This document shows, in pieces, positions 1 to 7,811 of a stretch of 13,109 bases of DNA. A model generated the notes under the pieces. That model did not search any database. It worked only from the letters and a program-made list of their open reading frames with translations, and was not told the DNA's origin. This DNA is from Tupaia chinensis. Its lineage: Eukaryota. Location: NCBI RefSeq assembly GCF_000334495.1, contig NW_006159661.1:881702-894810 (forward strand), written 5' to 3'. The position numbers were made by a program, and so were the translations under genes. The first letter of the stretch is position 1. Each line of letters opens with the position of its first letter.

Positions 1-121
1 GAGTCTTGGATCTGGCAGCTTGCTTTCTCACTTTCCCTCTCTCTCTCTCCCTCTCACTCTCCTCTCTCTGGTCAAATTTAAATAAATAAATAAAGTTAAA
101 TAAAATAATTCTTTAAAAAAA
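1..121 (+). mobile_element. 3' portion of a short tRNA-derived SINE, truncated by the window edge
   Basis: The ...gcttgctttctcactttccctctctctc...ctctctggtcaaattta core plus (AAAT)n/A-rich tail matches the body and tail of the other short-family copies (e.g. rc of 158-318, 9241-9376). Confidence 0.7.
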
Positions 122-157
122 TATTGGGTTGTCTTGAAAGTCATAACATATTTTATA

Positions 158-318
158 AAGATTTATGTATTTAATTCATTATTATTGTTATTATTTAATT
201 TGACCAGAGAGAGACAGAGAAAGGGAAAATGAAAGCAAGTTTCCTGGTCTGGGATTCAAACCATGGTCAGCCATGTGGGAGTCTAGCACCTTAACCACCA
301 TACCACCTGCTGGCCCCC
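158..318 (-). mobile_element. Short-family tRNA-derived SINE (~160 bp)
   Basis: The reverse complement reads gggccagcaggtggtatggtggttaaggtgctagactcccacatggctgaccatggtttgaatccc... (box A/box B-like tRNA head), then the ctctctctggtcaaatt core and an A/T-rich tail. Same unit as 3341-3518, 3812-3956 and 9241-9376. Confidence 0.8.
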
Positions 319-740
319 ATAACACATTTTTGCATAGAAAAATATAGGAAAAGTACATCATAACTTTTCTGACAGCTCAATACTACAAAGGTCTATAAAT
401 GGTATTTTAATATATTTGAGGTTTACAAACATAAACTTGCAAACCCTGAGAGTCTTAAGGGTCAGAAGTAGATTACAGTACTTAGAGAGTTCCATGATGT
501 TTTCCTTCTCCGCGTCACTGTCTGGGGATGGGCTGTCCGTTTTCACTTCTAGAAAATAAACCAAACACTTGTTTACCACCCAAAGGCTTATTGAAATTAG
601 TTAACTGCTGAAATTGTGAAGATTTTAAAATATGGACCATATCGCCATGCTCCTTCTGTTTTTCTTTAGCTCTCCTTACATTAGCTGCAGTAGGAAAAGA
701 GGAAGATGTGTGAGAGTGTGAGAATATATTATATTTTAAT

Positions 741-997
741 TTTTTTGAGAGGTTTTCGCTATAGGGAGCGTGCGCTCGCCAGACAGACAGAAAGAGACAG
801 AGAGACAGAAAGCGAGAAATCACCCCCCAGGGGGGATGGTCATGCCGCAATCCCTTCTCCTCCATTCTCCTCTTGGGATCTTGGGCACGCACGCACATGC
901 GCCCGGCGTGAGTTTTAAGCCACCGGATCCTGGACGTGAACCGCGGTTGACTATGTGGGAGTCCAGCGACATAGCCATTACGCTAACTGCTGGTCCC
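741..997 (-). mobile_element. Long-family tRNA-derived SINE (~255 bp), young CpG-intact copy
   Basis: The reverse complement begins gggaccagcagttagcgtaatggctatgtcgctggactccc...ggttcacgtcc (tRNA-like head). It continues with the CpG-rich module gcgcatgtgcgtgcgtgcccaagatcccaagaggagaatggaggagaagggattgcggcatgacc and ends in an A-tail. It is flanked by a perfect 15-bp TSD, ttatattttaatttt, at 730-744 and 998-1012. Confidence 0.9.
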
Positions 998-1087
998 TTA
1001 TATTTTAATTTTGACAGATACAGAAAGTGGATTCTAATGTAATAGGCATTATTTGAGATTCACTGATAGCCATACAATATATAATTT

Positions 1088-1291
1088 TTTATGTTAGAGA
1101 GAGAACAAACACACTCAATAGGGTCTCGTCAAGCCGTGATCCCCTTCCCCTGCTTTTTAGTTCTCAGGATCTGGGAGCCCACAGGTCTGGCAAGTTTTCA
1201 TGTCATCCTGGGAATCCGAACCTGCCATTGGCCACACAGCTTCCGGCCTTTCAGGGCACCAGTGTCACCGCACCATAGCCGCTGGGCCAGC
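1088..1291 (-). mobile_element. Diverged tRNA-derived SINE related to the short family
   Basis: The reverse complement starts ggcccagcggctatggtgcggtgacactggtgccc...ggttcggattcccagg (box B-like) and ends in a ...tctctctaacat tail-like segment. It is similar to the short-family head but carries an internal insertion. Boundaries are approximate. Confidence 0.5.
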
Positions 1292-1771
1292 TATACGATT
1301 TTGAAATGGCACTTGTGTCTTCTGAAGATTAAGGCAAGCTCAATTATGGAATGTGGTTCTAACAGACTATAGGATCAGAGAGAGACTTCCTGAGTTTTGT
1401 CATGGAAGGAATTTCCCTCCTCTAAAGCTTAGAAATTCAAGGGCTCTATGTGAACTTTCGCTTTTAATTTTTCCTACAAAGGAATTATAACAGTATGGAC
1501 AGCATATATAGGACGGATACACAGGAATACACAGGAAACTCTTACTGCAAGGATTTCTTTCTGGTTTTAATTATACAATCAAGATTTCAAAAATCATCAA
1601 TATATTGTAGCTACCCTGAATCTGAATGGATTATTCTGGATGTTGAACAGTATGTTTTTAGTGTGAAAGGAGTCTACTATACTGCCTATTTCTTCTTTAA
1701 TTATTATTTTTCTGAGACAGCAAGAAAGTTAGATCATTGTCACAGCATTTCTGGACAATTGCTTGTCTAAA

Positions 1772-2009
1772 GGGGTTTCACTAAGGTGCTGGATTCCCGC
1801 ATGGTTCACTGCAGTTTGAGTTCCAGAGCCAGTGGCTTGAAAATCATGCTGAGTGTGTGTGTATGCATGTGTGTGTGCCCAAAACTCCAAGAAGAGAATG
1901 GAGGAGAAGGGACTGAGGCCTGGACATCTCCCCAGGGTGGTCATTTTTCTCCTCTCTCTCTGTCTCTCTTCAGCAAGTGCACACGCTCTATGGCAAAAAC
2001 TTAAAAAAA
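1772..2009 (+). mobile_element. Long-family SINE, old CpG-decayed copy
   Basis: The head ggggtttcactaaggtgctggattcccgcatggttcactgcagtttgagttcc is followed by the central module cttgaaaatcatgctgagtgtgtgtgtatgcatgtgtgtgtgcccaaaactccaagaagagaatggaggagaagggactgagg, then ctctctctgtctctcttcagcaagtgcacacgctctatggcaaaaacttaaaaaaa. Confidence 0.8.
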
Positions 2010-2093
2010 GCTTCACCCTATCAAAATGTTTATTCTGATAATGAACATATATCATGTTCTTAGTGTAAATTAATATTTCTCAAAACTGCTTGA

Positions 2094-2331
2094 TTTTTTT
2101 CCCTGTAGGGTGCATGGGCTCACCAGAGAGAAACAGAAACAGAGACAGAGACAGAGGGAGAAAATGAGAAATCATTCCCCCAAAGGGGATGCTCATACTG
2201 CAATCCCTTCTCCACTCTCCTCAGGATTTTGGCCATGCACACACATATGCCCACTGTGATTTTCAAGCCACTGGGTCAGAGTTGGCTGTGTAAGATCCAG
2301 TCACCTTAACCTCCACACCACCTGCCGGCTC
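2094..2331 (-). mobile_element. Long-family SINE, old copy with a short-family-type head; first unit of a tandem triple array
   Basis: A T-run precedes ccctgtagggtgcatgggctcaccagagag...gatgctcatactgcaatcccttctcc...ggccatgcacacacatatgcccactgtgattttcaagccactgg...ccacaccacctgccggctc. The flanks carry actgcttgattttt at 2082-2100 and 2332-2350. Confidence 0.8.
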
Positions 2332-2344
2332 AAGAACTGCTTGA

Positions 2345-2609
2345 TTTTTTTTTTTTTTTGAGAGGTTTTTGCTATAGGGCGTGTGCACTCGCCAGAAAGA
2401 CAGAGAGAGACAGAGAGATAGAAAGAGAGAAATCACTCCCCCAGGGGAATGGCCACACTGCAATCCCTTCTCCTCCATTTTCCTCTTGGGATCTTGGGCA
2501 TGCATGCCCATGCGCCAAGCGTGAGTTTAAGCCACCGGGTCTGGGACTCGAACTGTGGTTGACTACATTGGAGTCTAGCGACATAGCCATTACGCTAACT
2601 GCTGGTCCC
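2345..2609 (-). mobile_element. Long-family SINE, intermediate age; second unit of the tandem array
   Basis: A T-run precedes gagaggtttttgctatagggcgtgtgcactcgccag...catgcatgcccatgcgccaagcgtgagtttaagccaccgggtctgggactcgaactgtggttgactacattggagtctagcgacatagccattacgctaactgctggtccc. Several CpGs have mutated to TpG or CpA. Confidence 0.9.
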
Positions 2610-2622
2610 AAGAACTGCTTGA

Positions 2623-2888
2623 TTTTTTTTTTTTTTTTGAGAGGTTTTCGCTATAGGGGTGCGTGCGCTCGCCAGACAGACAGAGACAGAGAGACAGAAA
2701 ATAAGAAATCACCCCCCGAGGGGGGATGGCCATGCCGCAATCCCTTCTCCTCCATTCTCCTCTCGGGATCTTGGGCACGCACGCACACGCGCCCGGCGTG
2801 AGTTTTTAAGCCACCGGGTCCGGGACACGAACCGCGGTCGACTACGTGGGAGTTCAGCCACATAGCCATTATGCGAACTGCTGGTCCC
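2623..2888 (-). mobile_element. Long-family SINE, young CpG-intact copy; third unit of the tandem array
   Basis: A T-run precedes gagaggttttcgctataggggtgcgtgcgctcgccag...cacgcacgcacacgcgcccggcgtgagtttttaagccaccgggtccgggacacgaaccgcggtcgactacgtggg...ctggtccc. It retains ~20 CpGs, and actgcttgattttt follows again at 2889-2902. Confidence 0.9.
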
Positions 2889-2996
2889 ACTGCTTGATTT
2901 TTGATGGGACTCATAGGAATGGATTCTTCTATGTCCAAAGACTTTCTTTTTAGCCAGATTCCAAAATAAAATCTGGTTTTATAAAGGAGATATGCT

Positions 2997-2999
2997 TCT

Positions 3000-3032
<33 letters not shown>

Positions 3033-3034
3033 TA
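2997..3034. repeat. (CT)14 microsatellite followed by T10
   Basis: The sequence ctctctctctctctctctctctctctct tttttttttt can be read directly. Confidence 0.95.
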
Positions 3035-3050
3035 AGTTTGTTTCTGTCAT

Positions 3051-3101
3051 GAGAGAGAAAGGGGAAGAGAGAAAGAGAGAAAGAGAAAGAGAGAGAGAGA
3101 C
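3051..3101. repeat. GA-rich (GAGAA/GA)n low-complexity tract
   Basis: The sequence gagagagaaaggggaagagagaaagagagaaagagaaagagagagagagaca is complementary in composition to the upstream (CT)n. Confidence 0.9.
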
Positions 3102-3340
3102 AGGCACCTTAACAGGGTCTTCACACTGCAATCCACTCCCAGTTAAAGCTGGTCTAGACCATGGTATATACATATACACTCAGTGAATGGGTGCGACCAC
3201 TGCACCACCACCCGGCCCCTAAAGGAAATATGTTTCTTCTGGGGAGATCATCTTTTGGGAAGAAGTTTCTTAGCAAAACACTGGTCATAAAATTTCCACA
3301 GTTATTAGATCAAGTTAATATTTTTTTAAAGAATTATTTT

Positions 3341-3518
3341 ATTTAGCTTTATTTATTCATTCATTTATTTCATTTTTTAAATTTGACCAGAGAGGGACAG
3401 AGTGAGAGAGAAAGAGAGAGAGGGAAAGTGAGAGAGCAAGCCTCCAGGTCCAGGACTTGAACCGTGGTCGGCCATGTGGGAGTCCAACTTCCTTAACCAC
3501 CATGCCACCTGCTGGCCC
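3341..3518 (-). mobile_element. Short-family SINE with a long TSD
   Basis: A T/A-rich tail complement (ttatttagctttatttattcattcatttatttcatttttt) precedes aaatttgaccagagagggacagag...gcctccaggtccaggacttgaaccgtggtcggccatgtgggagtccaacttccttaaccaccatgccacctgctggccc. It is flanked by the near-identical ~28-bp caagttaatattttt(tt/aa)aaagaattatt at 3312-3340 and 3520-3548. Confidence 0.85.
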
Positions 3519-3548
3519 TCAAGTTAATATTTTTAAAAAGAATTATTA

Positions 3549-3811
3549 ATTTAATTTATTATTATTATTTATTTACTTACTTACTTTGCTATAGGGTGCG
3601 TGTGCTTGCTGGAGAGACACAAAAAGACAGAAAGTGAGAAATCATCTCCCAGGGAGGATGGCCATGCTGCAATCCCTTCTCCTCTAATCTCCTCTCGGGA
3701 TTTTGGGCACGCATGCACATGCACCCAGTGTGAGTTTCAAGCCAGGACTTGAACCATGAGGCAGCTATGTGGGATTCCAGTGATATACATATTATGCTAT
3801 CTACTGGTTCC
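3549..3811 (-). mobile_element. Long-family SINE, old copy
   Basis: The (TTATT/TTAC)n tail complement precedes tttgctatagggtgcgtgtgcttgctggagag...ggccatgctgcaatcccttctcc...gcacgcatgcacatgcacccagtgtgagtttcaagccaggacttgaaccatgagg...ctactggttcc. Confidence 0.8.
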
Positions 3812-3956
3812 AATTATCATTATTATTTTTAATTCACCAGAGAGAGACAGAGAGAGAGAGGGAAAGTTAGAAAGCAAGCTGCCAGGTCTGGGACTTGAAC
3901 TGTAGTCAGTCATGTGGGATACCAGTGCCCTAACCACCATGCCACATGTTGGCCCC
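3812..3956 (-). mobile_element. Short-family SINE
   Basis: An A/T-rich tail precedes ttcaccagagagagacagagagagagagggaaagttagaaagcaagctgccaggtctgggacttgaactgtagtcagtcatgtgggataccagtgccctaaccaccatgccacatgttggcccc. Confidence 0.85.
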
Positions 3957-3965
3957 TGATAATAA

Positions 3966-4224
3966 TTTTATTTTTAGAGATTTTTGCCTTAGGGTACATA
4001 TGCTCACCAGGGACAGAGAGAGAGAGAGACAGTGAGAGGGTAAATGAGGAATCACCCCTTGGGGGATGGCCACACTGCAATCCTTTTTCCTCCATCTCCT
4101 CCCAGGATTTTGGGCACTCAAGCACATGCACCCAGTGTGATTTTTCAAGCCACCAGGACAGGAATCAAACTGTGGTGGCCATGCGGGGGTCCAGTGACAT
4201 AATTGCTATTCCATCAGCTGGCCC
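3966..4224 (-). mobile_element. Long-family SINE, old copy
   Basis: The sequence runs tttagagatttttgccttagggtacatatgctcaccaggg...ggccacactgcaatcctttttcc...gcactcaagcacatgcacccagtgtgatttttcaagccaccagg...ccagtgacataattgctattccatcagctggccc. Confidence 0.8.
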
Positions 4225-4304
4225 TGGTAATTTTTTAACATAAAGTTTGACCCCCTCTCTGTTAAAATTACAATCAAGTTTCCCGAGATTATCAGTATTT
4301 TTGT

Positions 4305-5075
4305 AGTTTTTTTTTTTTTTTAAGTGTAAAGATTTGCTTTATTTCTACTGGAGGAAGGAGGGGGATAAGTAGAACTGTTTTCCAATTTGTTTTCCACTGT
4401 ATACACACACACATATACATACTTTCACCAAAAATAACCCAACAACAATAACAACAAAAATCAAAAACCAAAACACCCTTACGCTGCACCAATACTTCAT
4501 ATTTTGACCAAAAGAATAGATCGTGGGAGGAAGTGAGAAATGCAAAATCAAATGACAAAAAAATGCTGAACAAACAGCATTATTAATATACAAAATATTT
4601 ATATTACTGAACTAGTAACAGGTGATGTTCTCCGTGTCTGTAAAACTTTGGAACCACGTAACTGATTTGTTAAATCTAGTCCATGCCAGTTTCCAAAACC
4701 AGAAAAGATTTTAGTTAGCTTCGTTCTTTGATGCCTATCAAAATTTTCTACAAGATCTGGAACATCTTCATCCTCTTCATTGGTGTCTTCTGGTTTTCAT
4801 GCTTTGCTATCCAAGACTTTCTGTGAGGTCTGTCCAGTTAATTTCCTAAGGCTTGTTAAGCTGTCTGCACCAAGCTGACTTAATATTCCAGGAAGCATTT
4901 CTGTGATTGTTTTTGGCTTCTGCATGAGCAGTAACTGCAAAGGTATTAGCAGAGAGGGAAGCTTGGACTTTGGGATTGTTGAAATGAATAACTGTCCCAT
5001 CGTCTTTAATCATGTTCACCTATATAAACTGACTTTTCAGATTTGAATTCATCCATTGCCCGGGACGTACTGAAA
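4305..5075 (-). pseudogene. BTF3L4: Processed (retrotransposed) pseudogene of BTF3L4-like NAC-beta
   Basis: The minus-strand translation gives [34 protein letters not shown] | [24 protein letters not shown]...[27 protein letters not shown] | EASKNEAN*. This matches the C-terminal ~110 aa of BTF3L4 as I remember it ([59 protein letters not shown]...[35 protein letters not shown]).

The copy is contiguous and intronless. It is disabled by a +1 insertion (gccaaaAacaatc), a TGA stop where the parent has a Pro codon, and a 1-bp deletion (gat-ag-gca versus GAT GAG GCA). The 3'UTR ends in AATAAA (rc of 4338-4343) followed 17 nt later by a 17-nt poly(A) (T-run at 4305-4321 on the + strand).

The 5' end is truncated or deleted near 5040-5075, and the 5' boundary is uncertain. 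Confidence 0.85.
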
Positions 5076-5141
5076 TGGGAGGCTGAACGTGCACTATTTA
5101 AATTGTTACTTTTTCTATCTTATTCATTTACTTTTTCGTTT

Positions 5142-5142
<1 letters not shown>

Positions 5143-5201
<59 letters not shown>

Positions 5202-5203
5202 TT
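5143..5203. repeat. (GT)n microsatellite (~28 units, two interruptions)
   Basis: The sequence gtgtgtgtgtgtgtgtgtgtgtggtgtgtgtgtgtgtgtgtgtgtgtgtggtgtgtg can be read directly. Confidence 0.95.
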
Positions 5204-5760
5204 TTGGTAGAGTCAAACTGTATAAATTACCTGTGTAAATAATATGACCCTACTGTGTAGTTGATCCCACAGGGTAAGTTACCTTGGTGGTAACATGGTT
5301 ATTATAAAAAAGGTTAGGAAGAGTTAACTCTTGGCTACTTTAGAAGCATTTCATGATCCATCCAAAAACTGCCCTTGTCACCATCAAGCTGAGATGCTGA
5401 GTGTTCTCCGCGGTCAGTGGGAAGTGGGCTTTTCTTCCCCGGAGGCGTCACCACCACTGACAGCACCAGAAAGGAAGGGGAAGAAAGGGGCTTCTAAGTT
5501 TCCGGCAAGACCTCTTCGATACCAGCTATATTATTCACAGCCAGTTTTTTTTTAGAGAACTCTGAAGTTCTGTCATCAGCAGTAGTGGTTCTGTGTACCA
5601 CCTTTTTTCTGTGAGCTGTACCCTGAAGCAGGGAGGGTCCTCCAACACCAGCACACGGAAAGAACAAGATGGCTGCCTCAGCGGAGACAGAGAAAGACCT
5701 TTGTAGTTATTTTGAATCTGATTACACTAGATTGAATATTGAATATCATTTCTTTTCTTT

Positions 5761-6018
5761 TTTTTTGGAGAGATTTTTTGCTATAGGGCGCGTGCGCTCG
5801 CCAGACAGACAAAGAGAGACAGAGAGATAGAAAGCGAGAAATCACCCCCCAGGAGGGATGGTCACGCCACAATCCTTTCTCCTCTATTCTCCTCTTGGGA
5901 TCTTGGGCACACACGCACAGGCGCGCGGCATGAGTTTAAGCCACCGGGTCCGGGACTCGAGCCGCGGTCGACTACGTGCGAGTCCAGTGACATAGCCATT
6001 ACGCTAACTGCTGGTCCC
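5761..6018 (-). mobile_element. Long-family SINE, young CpG-intact copy with a perfect TSD
   Basis: The reverse complement starts gggaccagcagttagcgtaatggctatgtcactggactcgcacgtagtcgaccgcggctcgagtcccggacccggtggcttaaactcatgccgcgcgcctgtgcgtgtgtgcc. The perfect 15-bp TSD tcatttcttttcttt sits at 5746-5760 and 6019-6033. Confidence 0.9.
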
Positions 6019-6039
6019 TCATTTCTTTTCTTTTACAGT

Positions 6040-6352
6040 TAGCTTCTTAGTTTGTTTTCTTCCTTCTTTCCTTCCTCTCCCTCACCCTTCTTCCCACTTT
6101 CTTGCTTTCTTTCTTGCCAGAGGGAGTGTGTGCTCACCAGAGGGGCACAGAGACAAGAGAGAGGGAAAGGAGGAAGCTCCTTAGGGAAACGGTCATGCTG
6201 CAATCTCTTCTCCATTTCTCCTCCTTTCAGGATTTTGGGCATGCACACACACATCCCAGAGTTTTCTCAAGCTTCCGGATCTAGGGCTCAAACTATACAG
6301 CTCGCCAAGTGGCATCAGGCTGCCTTAAGCACGAGGCCATGGAGCTAGCCCC
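6040..6352 (-). mobile_element. Long-family SINE, old diverged copy with a C/T-rich tail complement
   Basis: The tail 6040-6111 is (ttcc/tttc)n-rich. The body runs cttgccagagggagtgtgtgctcaccagagg...ggtcatgctgcaatctcttctcc...ggcatgcacacacacatcccagag...gagctagcccc. Confidence 0.7.
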
Positions 6353-6533
6353 AGGAATCTATTTCTATTGCTAAAGTAGTCTTTCATTCTTCACTATTTT
6401 GCTGCCCATTTTCTGGGAGTAATTGTTTTTGTAGTACTTTCTGGACAGTTCTTTATCAGTATAATGCCTTGGACAAACCCAAATATTTACCATAGCATCG
6501 ACAATACATTAAGGTTTGTTATTAAATACTTAC

Positions 6534-6735
6534 CAGAACTACTTGTCTTTTGATCAGGAGGTGGCATGATGTCCAGTGACTTATTAAGATCATAATTATT
6601 TATATCCAAGAGTCTCTTTTCTTTGATAGAGTCCCATATAAAATCCGGGTTTGCAATATGGATGTGGTTCTTTCGGATAGAGTTCAGTTGGTGCTGACTC
6701 AGAACATCAGCATTATCTAAGATCATATGTGTACA
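6534..6735 (-). CDS. Candidate internal coding exon (202 nt) of an unidentified gene
   Basis: The minus strand reads ttttttttcttag|TGTACACATATGATCTTAGAT...ACAAGTAGTTCTG|gtaagtattt, i.e. a polypyrimidine tract plus AG acceptor, then a G|GTAAGT donor. Only one of the three frames is open across all 202 nt. It encodes CTHMILDNADVLSQHQLNSIRKNHIHIANPDFIWDSIKEKRLLDINNYDLNKSLDIMPPPDQKTSSSG, and the other two frames hit stops within 12 and 21 nt. It is not part of any repeat. I could not identify the product from memory. Confidence 0.5.
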
Positions 6736-7579
6736 CTAAGAAAAAAAAGTCAATTCATTACGCATCATTTAGAACTTAAATTATTTGTATCTGTAATTTT
6801 CACCCTAAACAGTCTCACTTTAAGCTAGAGTGTAATAATTTTTCTCATATTTCTAAAACCTTTTATAAATAGTACAATGTCTTATCTAAGACATTTATAA
6901 ATCAACAGTTTTTTTAAAAACATGGATATGAACATACCATAACTAATTAACCAATGTTTGAACCAGTGTAACGAAGGTTACACATTTTCACTACTGCAAG
7001 CAAAACTGCAATGAGCATCCTTTATGCACACATCTTTGTGCAACTGTCCAATGTCCCATTGGACATTGAGGTGTGCAATGGAATGTTCAAAGGGTATCCA
7101 TTATGTATTAAATTTGTTAGTTTACAAAGTTGTTAGTTTTGAATAAATTAATATGTGCACTTTACAAAGTAAATAGTACATTTGTAATATTTACTACGGT
7201 TTATTTAGCAAGTAGTGCATGCATTTTACTAAGAAGCAAAATAATGGCCTGTTTAGTTCTTCCCCACCGTTCTTGCTAGTTGCTGCCCCTTGTTGTAACT
7301 GTAATAGTTCCTCGTGTATCCTTCCAGAGCTATTCCACACACAGACGATACGCGCAAGTCCACGAAGGGCAGCATACTACTCACACTCTTCTGTACTTGC
7401 TTTTCTACTTCACTTATCTTAGAGATCATTCCTCATCCTTAAAAACACGCAGGGCTGCCTCTTTCTTTATAATAGCTGGTATGTGCATTTCAAATGTTTG
7501 TAAGCATTGACAAAACATTTTCAAATGTTTTACTTTGCAAAACAAAGCTTGCGTGTGAAAGTTTCTAAAGTGGAAAGAC

Positions 7580-7663
7580 ATGTTGACAATTCTCTACCCA
7601 GAACGAACTAAGAAGGTAGAACAGATGCGGATTATTCACGCGCCCACAGAAGTGCTGAGACAG
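7580..7663 (+). CDS. Possible short ATG-initiated exon ending at a consensus splice donor (speculative)
   Basis: An ATG at 7580 opens 28 codons (MLTILYPERTKKVEQMRIIHAPTEVLRQ) ending exactly at CAG|gtaagtgag (7661-7672), a strong donor. An in-frame upstream TGA lies at 7556. There is no recognisable homology, and it lies antisense to the better-supported minus-strand exon at 6534-6735. Confidence 0.2.
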
Positions 7664-7811
7664 GTAAGTGAGCGCACTATACCACGTTCTGCCTAACCTG
7701 GAGGTAAACAGGGTATTCCATTTCTGATACTCAGCTGTGGCTGAATTTCCTTCACACAACAGATGGAGCTAACTGTGGCCAAGCCCAGGGCTGTGGTTCA
7801 GGGAGGGGGAG

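Larger units (their letters stand above)
2997..3219 (-). mobile_element. Probable SINE-type element with a (GA)n-rich tail region and (CT)n/T-run
   Basis: The reverse complement starts ggggccgggtggtggtgcagtggtcgcacc (a tRNA-like head resembling ggactggcaggtggtgtggtgg at 9241), followed by a GA-rich tail. Family assignment is uncertain. Confidence 0.4.

Noticed and set aside
358-579. 73-aa minus-strand ORF in unique sequence between SINEs
   Set aside because: There are no splice signals and no start context, and I recognise no homology. It is most likely chance.
4292-4593. ORFs 4292-4573 and 4345-4593 (minus strand, 93 and 82 aa)
   Set aside because: They lie entirely within the 3'UTR of the BTF3L4 retrocopy, between its stop codon and its poly(A). 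They are low-complexity with no homology.
4305-5075. Possibility that the BTF3L4-like region is the real multi-exon gene
   Set aside because: More than 100 codons plus the 3'UTR are contiguous with no introns, and the reading frame carries two frameshifts and an in-frame stop. This is a processed pseudogene, not the parental locus.
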